Positions 49,804 through 58,727 of a DNA stretch of 64,000 bases are shown one piece after another. The stretch lies in assembly GCA_050261115.1 (NCBI GenBank), contig JBLNCY010000003.1, positions 19,673 to 83,672 of the forward strand, read 5' to 3'. Numbering within the stretch: the stretch's first letter is position 1; each line of letters opens with the position of its first letter. The DNA is from Methanocella sp. Its GTDB lineage: Archaea > Thermoproteota > Bathyarchaeia > Bathyarchaeales > Bathycorpusculaceae. The notes under the pieces were generated by a model that worked only from the letters and a program-made list of their open reading frames with translations, searched no databases and was not told the origin of the DNA. A program made the translations under genes and the position numbers.

Positions 49804-51468
49804 ATGAATAAGGCTTTAGAGATCGGCAAGACCTCCGCAACTGGAAGCTTTCATCTGCTCTTGGGCGTTGTCGGCTCCACTGTGATTATGGCAGTGGGCA
49901 CGCTTGTTATTCAGGCGCTGCTATCAGTGGATGAAGTGGGGCTCTATGGAATGGCCATAATTCCCGCGGCGATGATTAGCTTCTTTAGGGATTGGGGCAT
50001 CAACTCCGCCTTAACCAAAGAGATCGCCAATCTACGCGTGAAAGGCAACACCAACCAAATCCATGACGTTATACTCTCAGGGATACTCTTTGAGTTACTA
50101 AGCGGTATACTGCTATCGCTGGTCTGCTTTGCCCTTGCTTATCCCATAGCGTTAATAATCAGCCCCGAAAACAGCGCCCAACTCTCTGTATACATATCCA
50201 TCATGTCGCTTTCGATTTTTGCGGGTGCGATAGCTTCAGCGGCCAGCGGAATCTTTGTCGGGTTTGAACACATGAAAATGAACAGTTTTGTGCTTGTTTT
50301 GCAGTCAATTGTTAAAACCGCGCTTGGGCCCCTGTTGATTGTTTTGGGCTTTGGCGTACTTGGCGCAGTTACAGCCGCAATGGTTTCGGTCCTTGCAGGC
50401 GGCATCATCAGCATACTAATCGTGTACTACACGCTCTTTAGGCCCCTGCACAGATGCCGGAACGGGAAATGCGACGTAAAAGCCACCCTAAAACCCATGC
50501 TACAATTCGGATTACCCCTCACCGCATCAACCACCGTTATCGGCGTATTGCCGTTGGTGTTCTCCTTTACCATGTCTATCTTTGCGGGCACCTGGATGAT
50601 GGGTAACTACTTTGCAGCCAGCAACTTCGCAGTTCTCTTAACCTTTGTTTCCACCCCCGTTTCCACCGCGCTGTTTCCAGTTTTCTCTAAGCTAAGTCCT
50701 GAGATGGAGCCTGAGTTGACCAAGACGGTTTTTACCTCTTCAGTTAAGTATACCGCTTTGCTGCTTGTCCCTGCCGCTTTAATGTTAATAGTGTTGGCAG
50801 ACCCTCTGGTAAACACTCTTTTTCCAAAGGACGGCATAATGCAAGCGCTTTTTGTTGCAAGGGCAGAACCCAAGTTTCCCTATGCGCCATTGTTCCTTTC
50901 CCTTTCCGTAATCGTTTACCTGTTTGTGTTGCTTGGTAACGTTAGTCTCGGGACGTTCCAGTCGGGTATAGGGAAAACGCGACAGATTATGAAGCAGAGC
51001 TTTTTGTCTATGGCATTAGGGCTACCGCTTGCTTATGTTATGGTTGCTTACTTTTACAGCATCGGCGGCGCTTCCTATGCAGTAATCGGGGGTATACTCG
51101 GGGGCGTCATCGCAAGCATCCCAGGAATGGCTTGGGGTCTTATCTGGAGTTGGAAAAATTATCAGGTTAAAGCTGACTTAAAAAGCTCCCTAAAGATTCT
51201 TTTGGCTTCGGTGCTGTCTGCTTTGGTGGCATATCTTCTGATTAGCTTTTTGAGTTTGCCTTGGTGGGTTATACTTCTTGTGGGGTTTGTGGTGTTCACG
51301 TTGGTTTATTTGACCGTGACTCCGCTTTTAGGCGCGGTTAATCGTGTGGATGTTGAGAACTTCATGGCGATGTTCTCGGGGCTGGGTATCGTTTCTAAAG
51401 TGGTTAATGTGCCTTTGAGGTATATGCACCGAATGTGTAGGGACAACTGCCCGCCTAAAGGTCAGTAG
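49804..51468 (+). CDS. Wzx/MOP-family oligosaccharide flippase
   Basis: About 14 TMs; G.Y, DWGI..A and ALFP.FS motifs. Confidence 0.88.
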   Translation: MNKALEIGKTSATGSFHLLLGVVGSTVIMAVGTLVIQALLSVDEVGLYGMAIIPAAMISFFRDWGINSALTKEIANLRVKGNTNQIHDVILSGILFELLSGILLSLVCFALAYPIALIISPENSAQLSVYISIMSLSIFAGAIASAASGIFVGFEHMKMNSFVLVLQSIVKTALGPLLIVLGFGVLGAVTAAMVSVLAGGIISILIVYYTLFRPLHRCRNGKCDVKATLKPMLQFGLPLTASTTVIGVLPLVFSFTMSIFAGTWMMGNYFAASNFAVLLTFVSTPVSTALFPVFSKLSPEMEPELTKTVFTSSVKYTALLLVPAALMLIVLADPLVNTLFPKDGIMQALFVARAEPKFPYAPLFLSLSVIVYLFVLLGNVSLGTFQSGIGKTRQIMKQSFLSMALGLPLAYVMVAYFYSIGGASYAVIGGILGGVIASIPGMAWGLIWSWKNYQVKADLKSSLKILLASVLSALVAYLLISFLSLPWWVILLVGFVVFTLVYLTVTPLLGAVNRVDVENFMAMFSGLGIVSKVVNVPLRYMHRMCRDNCPPKGQ

Positions 51469-51552
51469 GCTGCTTAGGAGAAGCCTTATAGACAACATTT
51501 CATTTATTCTAGAATAAGCAAACGTTTTGTCAACATTAAAGGAGTAGACTTT

Positions 51553-52338
51553 TTGCCCACAATTAATAGAAGAAATAATGCTCTAAGATTATCCATAGTT
51601 TTCTTAGTTTTCGGAGTTTTTGCTCTTTTCTATTCAGTCTTTTTTGAGATGCAGATAGCTGCGCTCATCGGGTTAGGTTTAACTTTCTGGGGTGCCGTGC
51701 TCGCTTTAGCAAGAACGGGTAGGCATGTCGAGAGTAGCCTCCTTGACGCCACCGCCCGATCCTCATACTTCACAATTGACCGCATGTTTAACGATTTAAA
51801 GTATAACGGGCAAGGCTACTATCTCCCCGCATATCCACGGGATGTATCCCTGCCAGATTACCTCAAAATCCTCAAGGAACCAGTCGTGTATATTTCTGAG
51901 AGCTTTGATGGTAAACCCTCTATTGACGAGTTGGCCTCGGGCAAACTGTTTTCTGCTCAAAACCGCGGGTTCTTCATTTCTTCACCAGGCAGCGGCATAC
52001 TGTCTGAAGTAGAGAAACAATTGCAACAGGACTTAAGCAAAATTAGCCCCGCTGACCTCGCCGAGGCACTGCCCAAATGTCTATCCGAAAACCTGAATCT
52101 AGCCAGAAACGCCGAAATGACTCTTACCCCGTCGGGTGCTAATTTCAAAGCGGTCGGCATCGTCTACGACACCCTCTACAATTCGGAGACTAAACCCCGA
52201 AGTGTGGGAATATTGGGCTGCCCAATTGTAAGCGCCGTTGCCTCTGCCCTTGCAAAATCCTCAAGTAAAACTGTCGTTTTAAAGGAGCAAACGATCATGC
52301 CGGGTAACAGTGTTAATGTTACTTTTGGTTTTGTGTAG
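51553..52338 (+). CDS. Hypothetical membrane protein (two N-terminal TMs)
   Basis: 261-aa ORF; C-terminal LGCPIVSAVASALAK. Confidence 0.75.
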   Translation: MPTINRRNNALRLSIVFLVFGVFALFYSVFFEMQIAALIGLGLTFWGAVLALARTGRHVESSLLDATARSSYFTIDRMFNDLKYNGQGYYLPAYPRDVSLPDYLKILKEPVVYISESFDGKPSIDELASGKLFSAQNRGFFISSPGSGILSEVEKQLQQDLSKISPADLAEALPKCLSENLNLARNAEMTLTPSGANFKAVGIVYDTLYNSETKPRSVGILGCPIVSAVASALAKSSSKTVVLKEQTIMPGNSVNVTFGFV

Positions 52339-52346
52339 GTGTATGT

Positions 52347-52553
52347 ATGAATTTTCCGTTGTCTGTTTCTGATGTTAGTCTGTGGCTTGCAGTTGTAGCC
52401 CTTATTATTTTGATTACGTCTGAGTTGCTTTATGCGTCGCCCAGTTATGCATCAAAGATTGATTTGGATAAGCGGTTGCTGAGGCTTTTTGGGGTTGGGT
52501 GTGGTGTAGCATTTATTCTCACTGTGCTTATGCGTGTGGGTGGCATGAGTTAG
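52347..52553 (+). CDS. Small two-TM protein closing the glycan cluster
   Basis: AGGTG SD; 68 aa; SLWLA...LLITSEL-like motif. Confidence 0.7.
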   Translation: MNFPLSVSDVSLWLAVVALIILITSELLYASPSYASKIDLDKRLLRLFGVGCGVAFILTVLMRVGGMS

Positions 52554-52733
52554 CGACCTATTTTTCTTGCCTTCTTTGCGTTTACTACATTTTTGTGTCC
52601 GCTGGTTTTTCTGTCAACCGAGTTTGGTTGCAACCAACGTTCACCTAAACCTGATGCTATCCCAAAACCTAAAGAATTTGGTATCTATCATTAAGGAAGA
52701 ATCCAAAAAACCACACACTGAGGAAGAAACTGG

Positions 52734-53414
52734 TTGTTTGCAGTAGGGCACATGGCAATCGCCTACCTTCTGGGAAAAGGTTCATCCATGGCGTTACATA
52801 CAAAAGTCAACATCCCTCTACTGCTGGTTCTCTCCATAATACCTGACGTAGATATCATTTTTGACTACTTAACAGGAGCACAGATACATCGAGGTCCCAC
52901 CCACTCCATTGTGGTGGCAGCGCTAATATTCACACCGCTCTTCATCCATTACGGAAAACAGGCAATTCCCTATTTCTTAGCTCTGATTTCGCATTTTGTA
53001 ATTGCTGACTTCTTTATAGGTGGCCAGCTGCAACTGTTTTGGCCTCTAACCACTCAACAGTTTGGCGCCTACGAGTTAGGCTTTTACTACATCAGCATCT
53101 GGAACCCTATCAATATCCTCACTGAAATAATGTTGTTTGCGACTGCGATGGCGATTCTCTACAAGACAGGTGATTGGCGGGCGTTCTTTAAGGCGGATAA
53201 GCTCAACTTGGTGCTTTTTTTGCCAATCGTCTGTGTGTTGCTGCCAAGCACTATAGGTTACCCCTTTGATGGTTCACTGCTGTTTCGCTCGCCCCTTTTG
53301 GCTTTTGCACACCTAGTTTTCTTAGCACTATTTACAATTGCGGTTTACAAGACGCTAATTTCAATATACCATCAATGGTTCTGCAGTGAAGCCGCAGATA
53401 GCTCTGTTGGGTAG
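52734..53414 (+). CDS. YdjM-like membrane metal-dependent hydrolase
   Basis: GH, PD.D, HRGPTHS, SH...D and LFWP motifs. Confidence 0.88.
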   Translation: MFAVGHMAIAYLLGKGSSMALHTKVNIPLLLVLSIIPDVDIIFDYLTGAQIHRGPTHSIVVAALIFTPLFIHYGKQAIPYFLALISHFVIADFFIGGQLQLFWPLTTQQFGAYELGFYYISIWNPINILTEIMLFATAMAILYKTGDWRAFFKADKLNLVLFLPIVCVLLPSTIGYPFDGSLLFRSPLLAFAHLVFLALFTIAVYKTLISIYHQWFCSEAADSSVG

Positions 53415-53421
53415 GTTGTTT

Positions 53422-53656
53422 ATGCATCGTCTCGGCGTTATCCTGCCCTCATCAAACTCCCACGGTTGAGCTTGACTTCTCTTAAGCATTTCAGGGCTCA
53501 GCTGTTTTGGGATTATGCGCGATTGCCCTTAAGGGTGTGACTGTTTGGAGTCTTGAGCGTATGGAGTTCGAGCTTGAGGAGGCAGCAAAGCTACTCTCGG
53601 ATGCGCAAGTGGATGCAGTTGGTAACCTTCGAAGCTTTGTCGAGGGATGCCGGTGA
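53422..53656 (+). pseudogene. Decayed maleate cis-trans isomerase / Asp-Glu racemase family fragment
   Basis: Pieces in different frames: MHRLGVILPSSNS / TVELDFS* / YARLP / LKGVTVWSLERMEFELEEAAKLLSDAQVDAV. Frameshifts, an internal stop and truncation before the catalytic Cys. Confidence 0.7.
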
Positions 53657-53774
53657 TTAGCAGTAACTCAGCGACCTTATGGGCTGCATTGAACGCGCTC
53701 TTGTTGGTTCAACCGCGCTGGGCGTTTGTTTACTCTATGATAGCTGGGCTGTCGCAAGTATCACTCTAACTGCA

Positions 53775-53830
53775 GTTGAACTTGTGGTTAGTTCTACATA
53801 TGGGGGGGGGGTTAGGTCGGCAGAAGCAGG
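53775..53830 (+). repeat. Dispersed intergenic repeat, copy 5
   Basis: GTTGAACTTGTGGTTAGTTCTACATAT-G10-TTAGGTCGGCAGAAGCAGG; closely similar to copy 6 in inverted orientation. Confidence 0.75.
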
Positions 53831-53929
53831 TAGATTCTTTAGGTCTTCAAGTGTAGGTGGCGGCCGTTTGTTGTTCGTAATTTTCATATAGATTGTCATT
53901 GTGTATCGGTAGGTTAGGGTTAACAGAAA

Positions 53930-54454
53930 TTGATAATGTCCGCTATGGATTTAAGAAAAGCTATGGAGCAAGGCTCGTTAACTATCTTCCCTCTTAGTGA
54001 TGATACCATCCGGGAGAATGGGGTTGATCTGCGGTTTTCAGATGAAATCGTATGTCTACAATCCACCGATAAAGTGCTAGATATTCAGTCGCCTAACCGT
54101 GAGGGGTTGTATGTAGCGGAAAAAGTGCCAGATAGTTTTGTGCTGGGTAAGTACGAGAAGATGCTGGTTGCCACGCTGGAGCATGTCAAGTTGGGTAACG
54201 ATTTAATGGCTTTCTGCCAGCTCCGAAGCACCTTTTCCCGGGCCGGCATCTCTATCCCTCCAACGGTTGTTGACGCGGGGTTTGAGGGCAACTTAACCAT
54301 CCAGATCTCAGGCGGCCCCTTTCCAGTCAAAATCCCCACAAAAACACGATTTCTCCACCTCGTGTTTGCCAAACTCCAAACGCCTCTGACACGGGGTTAT
54401 GAGGGGAAGTATAAGCATGACTGCGGCGTAGCTCCCCCTAAAAAGGACCGTTAG
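53930..54454 (+). CDS. dcd: dCTP deaminase
   Basis: NGVDLR, TLE, RSTFSRAG, VDAGFEGNLT and YEGKY motifs. Confidence 0.9.
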   Translation: MIMSAMDLRKAMEQGSLTIFPLSDDTIRENGVDLRFSDEIVCLQSTDKVLDIQSPNREGLYVAEKVPDSFVLGKYEKMLVATLEHVKLGNDLMAFCQLRSTFSRAGISIPPTVVDAGFEGNLTIQISGGPFPVKIPTKTRFLHLVFAKLQTPLTRGYEGKYKHDCGVAPPKKDR

Positions 54455-54503
54455 GCGCGCCATACGTTTTTATCCATTCCTGCAAAGTGTGGTATGAAGG
54501 AAA

Positions 54504-54926
54504 GTGGATTTTGACTACCCGTCAGATGTGTGCTTTAGCTGTAACTGCTGCGGCATATGCTGCGCTGACACAGACCACAAGTTACGACATATCCTGCTAC
54601 TCGAAAGTGAAGCCGAAGAAATATCCAACACAACAGGCAAACCCATCGAGGACTTTGCTAATGAATCCAACGGCACTCACCCTTACATCTATGAGATGAA
54701 AAAACAATACGGCGACTGCATCTTCCTCAAAGACAACAAATGCACCATATACGAATTAAGACCGCTCATCTGTCGCTTCTACCCCTTTGAACTAAAATAC
54801 TCCCCAGACAAGCGCACGCATGTCTTCACGGTCACCAAGGAGTGCCCCATGATTGGACAAGGCAAACCGATGCTGCACAAAGATTTCGAGGCACTCTACC
54901 ATTTGGCGTCTGAGCGGCTGCCTTAA
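54504..54926 (+). CDS. YkgJ family CxxCxxCC cysteine-cluster protein
   Basis: CNCCGICC, CIFL, CTIYELRPLICRFYPF, CP. Confidence 0.9.
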   Translation: MDFDYPSDVCFSCNCCGICCADTDHKLRHILLLESEAEEISNTTGKPIEDFANESNGTHPYIYEMKKQYGDCIFLKDNKCTIYELRPLICRFYPFELKYSPDKRTHVFTVTKECPMIGQGKPMLHKDFEALYHLASERLP

Positions 54927-55396
54927 AGCTGCGCGAGTACGTCGGCCTCTTCTAGTGTGACCCCACAGTAGTGGCATTTAAGCAGGAGAGGGTCGTCAGT
55001 TTTTACGTTGAATTTAGATTTTATGGGTTCTTTGTTATTGCTTACGCAGGTGGGGTTAGGGCATTTGATGATGCCTTCGATGGTTTTGGGAAGTTTTACC
55101 TCGGATTTTTCCATTACAGAGTAGTTTTTGATATAGTTGATTGAGGCGCGTGGCGCAACTAGGGCTATGCGGTTAACTTCCTCGGTGTTGAGCGCTTTAC
55201 CCTCGATTTTGACGATGTCTTTTACGCCGAGACGTTTGCTTGGTACGTTAATGGCTATGGTCATGACTTTCTTTTCTTTGCCGGTGATGCCCAATATATT
55301 AATGACGTCAAGTGCGTAGCCGCCGCGTATGTGGTCGATGACTGTGCCGTCTTTGATTTTGTTAACTCGAAGTTTCTGCTCGGTCTGCTCACTCAT
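54923..55396 (-). CDS. pyrI: Aspartate carbamoyltransferase regulatory subunit
   Basis: GTVIDHI, KDIVKIE, CPNPTC and CHYC motifs. Confidence 0.95.
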   Translation of the reverse strand: MSEQTEQKLRVNKIKDGTVIDHIRGGYALDVINILGITGKEKKVMTIAINVPSKRLGVKDIVKIEGKALNTEEVNRIALVAPRASINYIKNYSVMEKSEVKLPKTIEGIIKCPNPTCVSNNKEPIKSKFNVKTDDPLLLKCHYCGVTLEEADVLAQL

Positions 55397-55462
55397 ATGC
55401 TCCACACTACAAGGGAATGCTTTGGCTGCAGATAAGAATATCCACAAGAAAAAGTGGTGGAG

Positions 55463-56173
55463 TTAGCTCCGTAGATCAATTACGGTGGTGCCCGCAAATT
55501 TATCAAAGTAACGCATGAAGGCCTGATTTTTGATGCGTAGACCAAACAGCAAATCAAAGGGTAGCAGTGGCAGGATTTTCCCGAAGTTGCGAACCGCTGC
55601 GTGGTCGTAGCTCATTTTTTTGCCATCTGTACGGACAACTTTGAGGCCTAAGACGCGTTTACCTAAGCTTTGGCCATTGAAGCCCTCAAGCAATGTTGAG
55701 TAGAGCCAGAGTAGGCCCACGGTGATGAGTACGGCGGTGCTGACTTCGTTGCCTAAGCTGGCCGTGTTTGGCGTGAGCAATTGCGGGAGAAGTGTAATCG
55801 TCATTATGATTGCAAAAATCAAGGCAAAGTCAACTAGAAACGCGAACGCCCTCTTCTTGAATGAAGACAGCGGCAGACTTGTTGCTTTACCTTGAACGTC
55901 AGCAGCTTCCGCCCAGCCTTCCACGTCGTGGATAACTCGGACCGCGGCTTCGCCGGCGCGGCTAAGTTTGTATTTGCCGCTGGATGTCTGCTCGATAAAC
56001 GGTGAAAGAGCACGCAGATGGAAGCTGAGTTTGCCGGTGTCGACTTTTAGCATGTTTAGCAAGTCAGTGAACGATTGCTCGCCGTTGTTACTTAGATCCA
56101 ACAGTATGTCTCTGCGCAGTGGATGCGAGAGCACCGATAGTACTTTGGAGACGTTTTCTTGGTTTACAGCCAT
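55463..56173 (-). CDS. ArsR-like winged helix fused to an RDD membrane domain
   Basis: LSHPLRRDIL...LSFHL at the N-terminus; R..AFLVD, GQSLGK, R and D..AGT.V in the RDD part. Confidence 0.88.
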   Translation of the reverse strand: MAVNQENVSKVLSVLSHPLRRDILLDLSNNGEQSFTDLLNMLKVDTGKLSFHLRALSPFIEQTSSGKYKLSRAGEAAVRVIHDVEGWAEAADVQGKATSLPLSSFKKRAFAFLVDFALIFAIIMTITLLPQLLTPNTASLGNEVSTAVLITVGLLWLYSTLLEGFNGQSLGKRVLGLKVVRTDGKKMSYDHAAVRNFGKILPLLPFDLLFGLRIKNQAFMRYFDKFAGTTVIDLRS

Positions 56174-56340
56174 TTTTTCAAAACCATGCGTTTACTACAT
56201 AACAGGTTTGTTGAGTGGACGGTTTTGACTTATAGTACTTGTTAAGTGAGCTTCTCCCATATAAGTTACACTCAAAAGCCTCTTATTTTCTGATAAGCAA
56301 CTTTTTACTAGAGAATACTGTAGCATTTAAAGGATTGTAT

Positions 56341-57240
56341 ATGTCAAGCGCTGATCTAGCCGTTGCGGCGTATCGTGAGTTGGAGCCGGAGGATTTCAGG
56401 GTGCTAAGCATCATTGAGGCAGCCATGGCTCAGCATGAGTTTGTCCCAACCGAGCAAATACATCGGTTTAGCAAGGTGCCACTGGACCGCATCAACTATA
56501 CGTTGAGTAAACTGAATAAACTTAACTTAATTTACCGCGTCAAAGGCGCCTATGTTGGTCACACCCTGAATAATCAGGGCTATGATTGCCTAGCGATTCA
56601 TGCGTTGGTTAAAGGCGGCGTCATAGCTTCGTTTGGGCGCTCTCTGGGCGTAGGAAAAGAAGCCGATGTGTATGACGCTTTAACCCCCCAAGGTCGACGG
56701 ATTGCAGTCAAGTTTCATCGGCTGGGTCGCATAAGCTTTCGACAAACAAGACGCAAGCGCGGTTACATAAAGGAACGCAGTACTTGGCTCTATCAGTCAC
56801 ATTTGGCGGCAGAAAAGGAATTCCAAGCAATGAAACTCGCCTATGAGCATGGTGTTGCGGTGCCAGAGCCGCTTTGCCAGAACCGCCACGTGATCGCTAT
56901 GGGGATGATTGAGGGCGGCGAACTTGCCAAGTACAAGGATGTGGGAGACGCCAAAAAGGTGCTGCGGCAAATCCTGCGCAACGTCAAGTTGGCTTACACG
57001 AAAGCTGGTTTGATCCATGCGGACTTGTCAGAGTACAATATTATTCTGCAGCCTGAGGGGCTAATTTTGATTATCGATTGGCCTCAAGCGGTGAGAACCA
57101 ATCACGAGAACGCTAAAGAGCTTCTTGAGCGTGACCTCAAAAACGTCTTGACCTATTTTAAAAGGAAATTCAGCATCGATTTAGCGGTGGAGACCGCTTT
57201 TAAGTATGTGGTGGGGGAAGCAAAGCGCTTACCCATCTAG
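56341..57240 (+). CDS. rio2: RIO2-type serine/threonine kinase/ATPase
   Basis: N-terminal wH, GVGKEADVY, KFHRLGRISF, HADLSEYN and IDWPQ motifs. Confidence 0.93.
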   Translation: MSSADLAVAAYRELEPEDFRVLSIIEAAMAQHEFVPTEQIHRFSKVPLDRINYTLSKLNKLNLIYRVKGAYVGHTLNNQGYDCLAIHALVKGGVIASFGRSLGVGKEADVYDALTPQGRRIAVKFHRLGRISFRQTRRKRGYIKERSTWLYQSHLAAEKEFQAMKLAYEHGVAVPEPLCQNRHVIAMGMIEGGELAKYKDVGDAKKVLRQILRNVKLAYTKAGLIHADLSEYNIILQPEGLILIIDWPQAVRTNHENAKELLERDLKNVLTYFKRKFSIDLAVETAFKYVVGEAKRLPI

Positions 57241-57241
57241 T

Positions 57242-57490
57242 TTAGTGTTTGTTGGCGTCTAGGATTATGTAGAGTATGTTGTTGCCTCTTAGGAGCACGT
57301 TACCATAGTTGGTCATGAGTTGGTCGTCTTTGCATTCGGTTGCGCCTTCTAGGAGTATGTTCATGTGGCCGTCGCATCTTATCATTTTTCCTTTGTATTC
57401 ATGGCCGCTTTTAAGAACAACTTCGATGTTGCCGTGTAACTGTTTTATGAGAACGTTTAGTGGTTTTTTACTGGGTTCCATCATTGACAT
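57242..57490 (-). CDS. Sm/Lsm-like RNA-binding protein
   Basis: V.LK.G..Y.G, D.HMN..L and RGNNI motifs. Confidence 0.92.
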   Translation of the reverse strand: MSMMEPSKKPLNVLIKQLHGNIEVVLKSGHEYKGKMIRCDGHMNILLEGATECKDDQLMTNYGNVLLRGNNILYIILDANKH

Positions 57491-57522
57491 AACGCGTCAC
57501 TGATCCTATTAATATCTCATGA

Positions 57523-57539
57523 ACCCCCTCCCAGATATA
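57523..57539 (-). repeat. Core-only copy of the dispersed repeat, overlapping the likely lsm TATA box
   Basis: Minus strand (TTT)TATATCTGGGAGGGGGT, one mismatch to the core of copy 6. Confidence 0.5.
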
Positions 57540-57617
57540 AAAGCATTATGAAAAACAAAGCCATGATAGGCAATAAACGAGCCCTTGCATTAAAATTGCG
57601 GCTTATTATGGAGTATG

Positions 57618-57673
57618 CCTGTTGATCTGCCGACCTACCCCCTCCCATATATAGAACCAACCACGGGTTCAAC
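57618..57673 (-). repeat. Dispersed intergenic repeat, copy 6
   Basis: Minus strand GTTGAACCCGTGGTTGGTTCTATATATGGGAGGGGGTAGGTCGGCAGATCAACAGG. Confidence 0.75.
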
Positions 57674-58280
57674 CTACACATGGACATAAGCAAGAGGTTA
57701 CACAACTTTGCAAGGTGTGTAAGGAACCGCTTGCCTTATCTTTGTGCCGTCGAACTTGGCGAACTCATGTTGAGGGAGCTTTCTTGCTTAAGCAAGACTA
57801 TCTAAGCGGCTAGTCCAGCTAGTTAAATCATGGCGGAGTGGAAGTGAGGAGAAAAAGCATCGGGAAGTATTCGACGGTTATTTTTAGTCCGAACAGCCAA
57901 AAGATAATCGTATTGTGGTTGTTGGTGTTACCCTACTTTGGAGTGTTGCCGCGTCCTTTACCTAATGGGTTGGAGTTGTGCTAGGATAATTTCGGTTAAC
58001 TTCGCTCTTTCTGCCTTTGCCCAAAGATCTCGCCTCCAGTATAGCGGCGGGTTGGAGTGTTGTGTTTTAGATTATTCTAGCTCATTGTTCGCAAAATGGG
58101 TCTTAGGGCTTTATCTGCCTCTGGGGCATCGCCCCTTTACATAAAGAAATACCTTGGGGTGTGCGCGCGGTTTGGCGCTAAAAACTGCCTGTGTGTGTTG
58201 TTTTCTCCATGCCTGTGTTCGTTTTGTTTAAATATGAGTGTTTGAACTATGCTTGTGCAAAAAGAAGGAATATCTACAGT

Positions 58281-58721
58281 ATGGGTTCCAAGTCTCCAAG
58301 AGGCGAATTCGCCGCAAGGCAATTAGCTAAGAAACGTAAGAATTTCCGTTGGCACGATAGATACTTTAACAGGCGCATGTTAATGCTCGACGAAAAAGTT
58401 GACCCGATGCAGGGTGCACCACAGGCACGTGGAATCGTCCTTGAGAAGGTCGGTGTCGAGTCCAAACAGCCCAACAGCGCCATCCGCAAATGTGTCAGAA
58501 CACAGCTTATCAAGAACGGCCGCACCATTAGCGCATTCCTACCCGGAGACGGCGCACTAAACGTTGTTGATGAACACGACGAGGTAGTAGTCGAGGGCAT
58601 CGGCGGCACCAGAGGCGGCGCTATGGGAGACATTCCTGGTGTCAGATGGAAGGTCGTCATGGTGAACGGTGTCTCACTAAATGAACTCGTCTACGGACGA
58701 AAACAAAAACCGTCAAGGTAA
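58281..58721 (+). CDS. rps12: 30S ribosomal protein uS12
   Basis: [21 protein letters not shown] and [10 protein letters not shown]; ATG at 58281. Confidence 0.97.
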   Translation: MGSKSPRGEFAARQLAKKRKNFRWHDRYFNRRMLMLDEKVDPMQGAPQARGIVLEKVGVESKQPNSAIRKCVRTQLIKNGRTISAFLPGDGALNVVDEHDEVVVEGIGGTRGGAMGDIPGVRWKVVMVNGVSLNELVYGRKQKPSR

Positions 58722-58727
58722 TAGAGT

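Noticed and set aside
56253-56263. Partial match (TATATGGGAG on the minus strand) to the repeat core
   Set aside because: It lacks the G-run and the tail, and is short enough to be chance or a plain TATA box.
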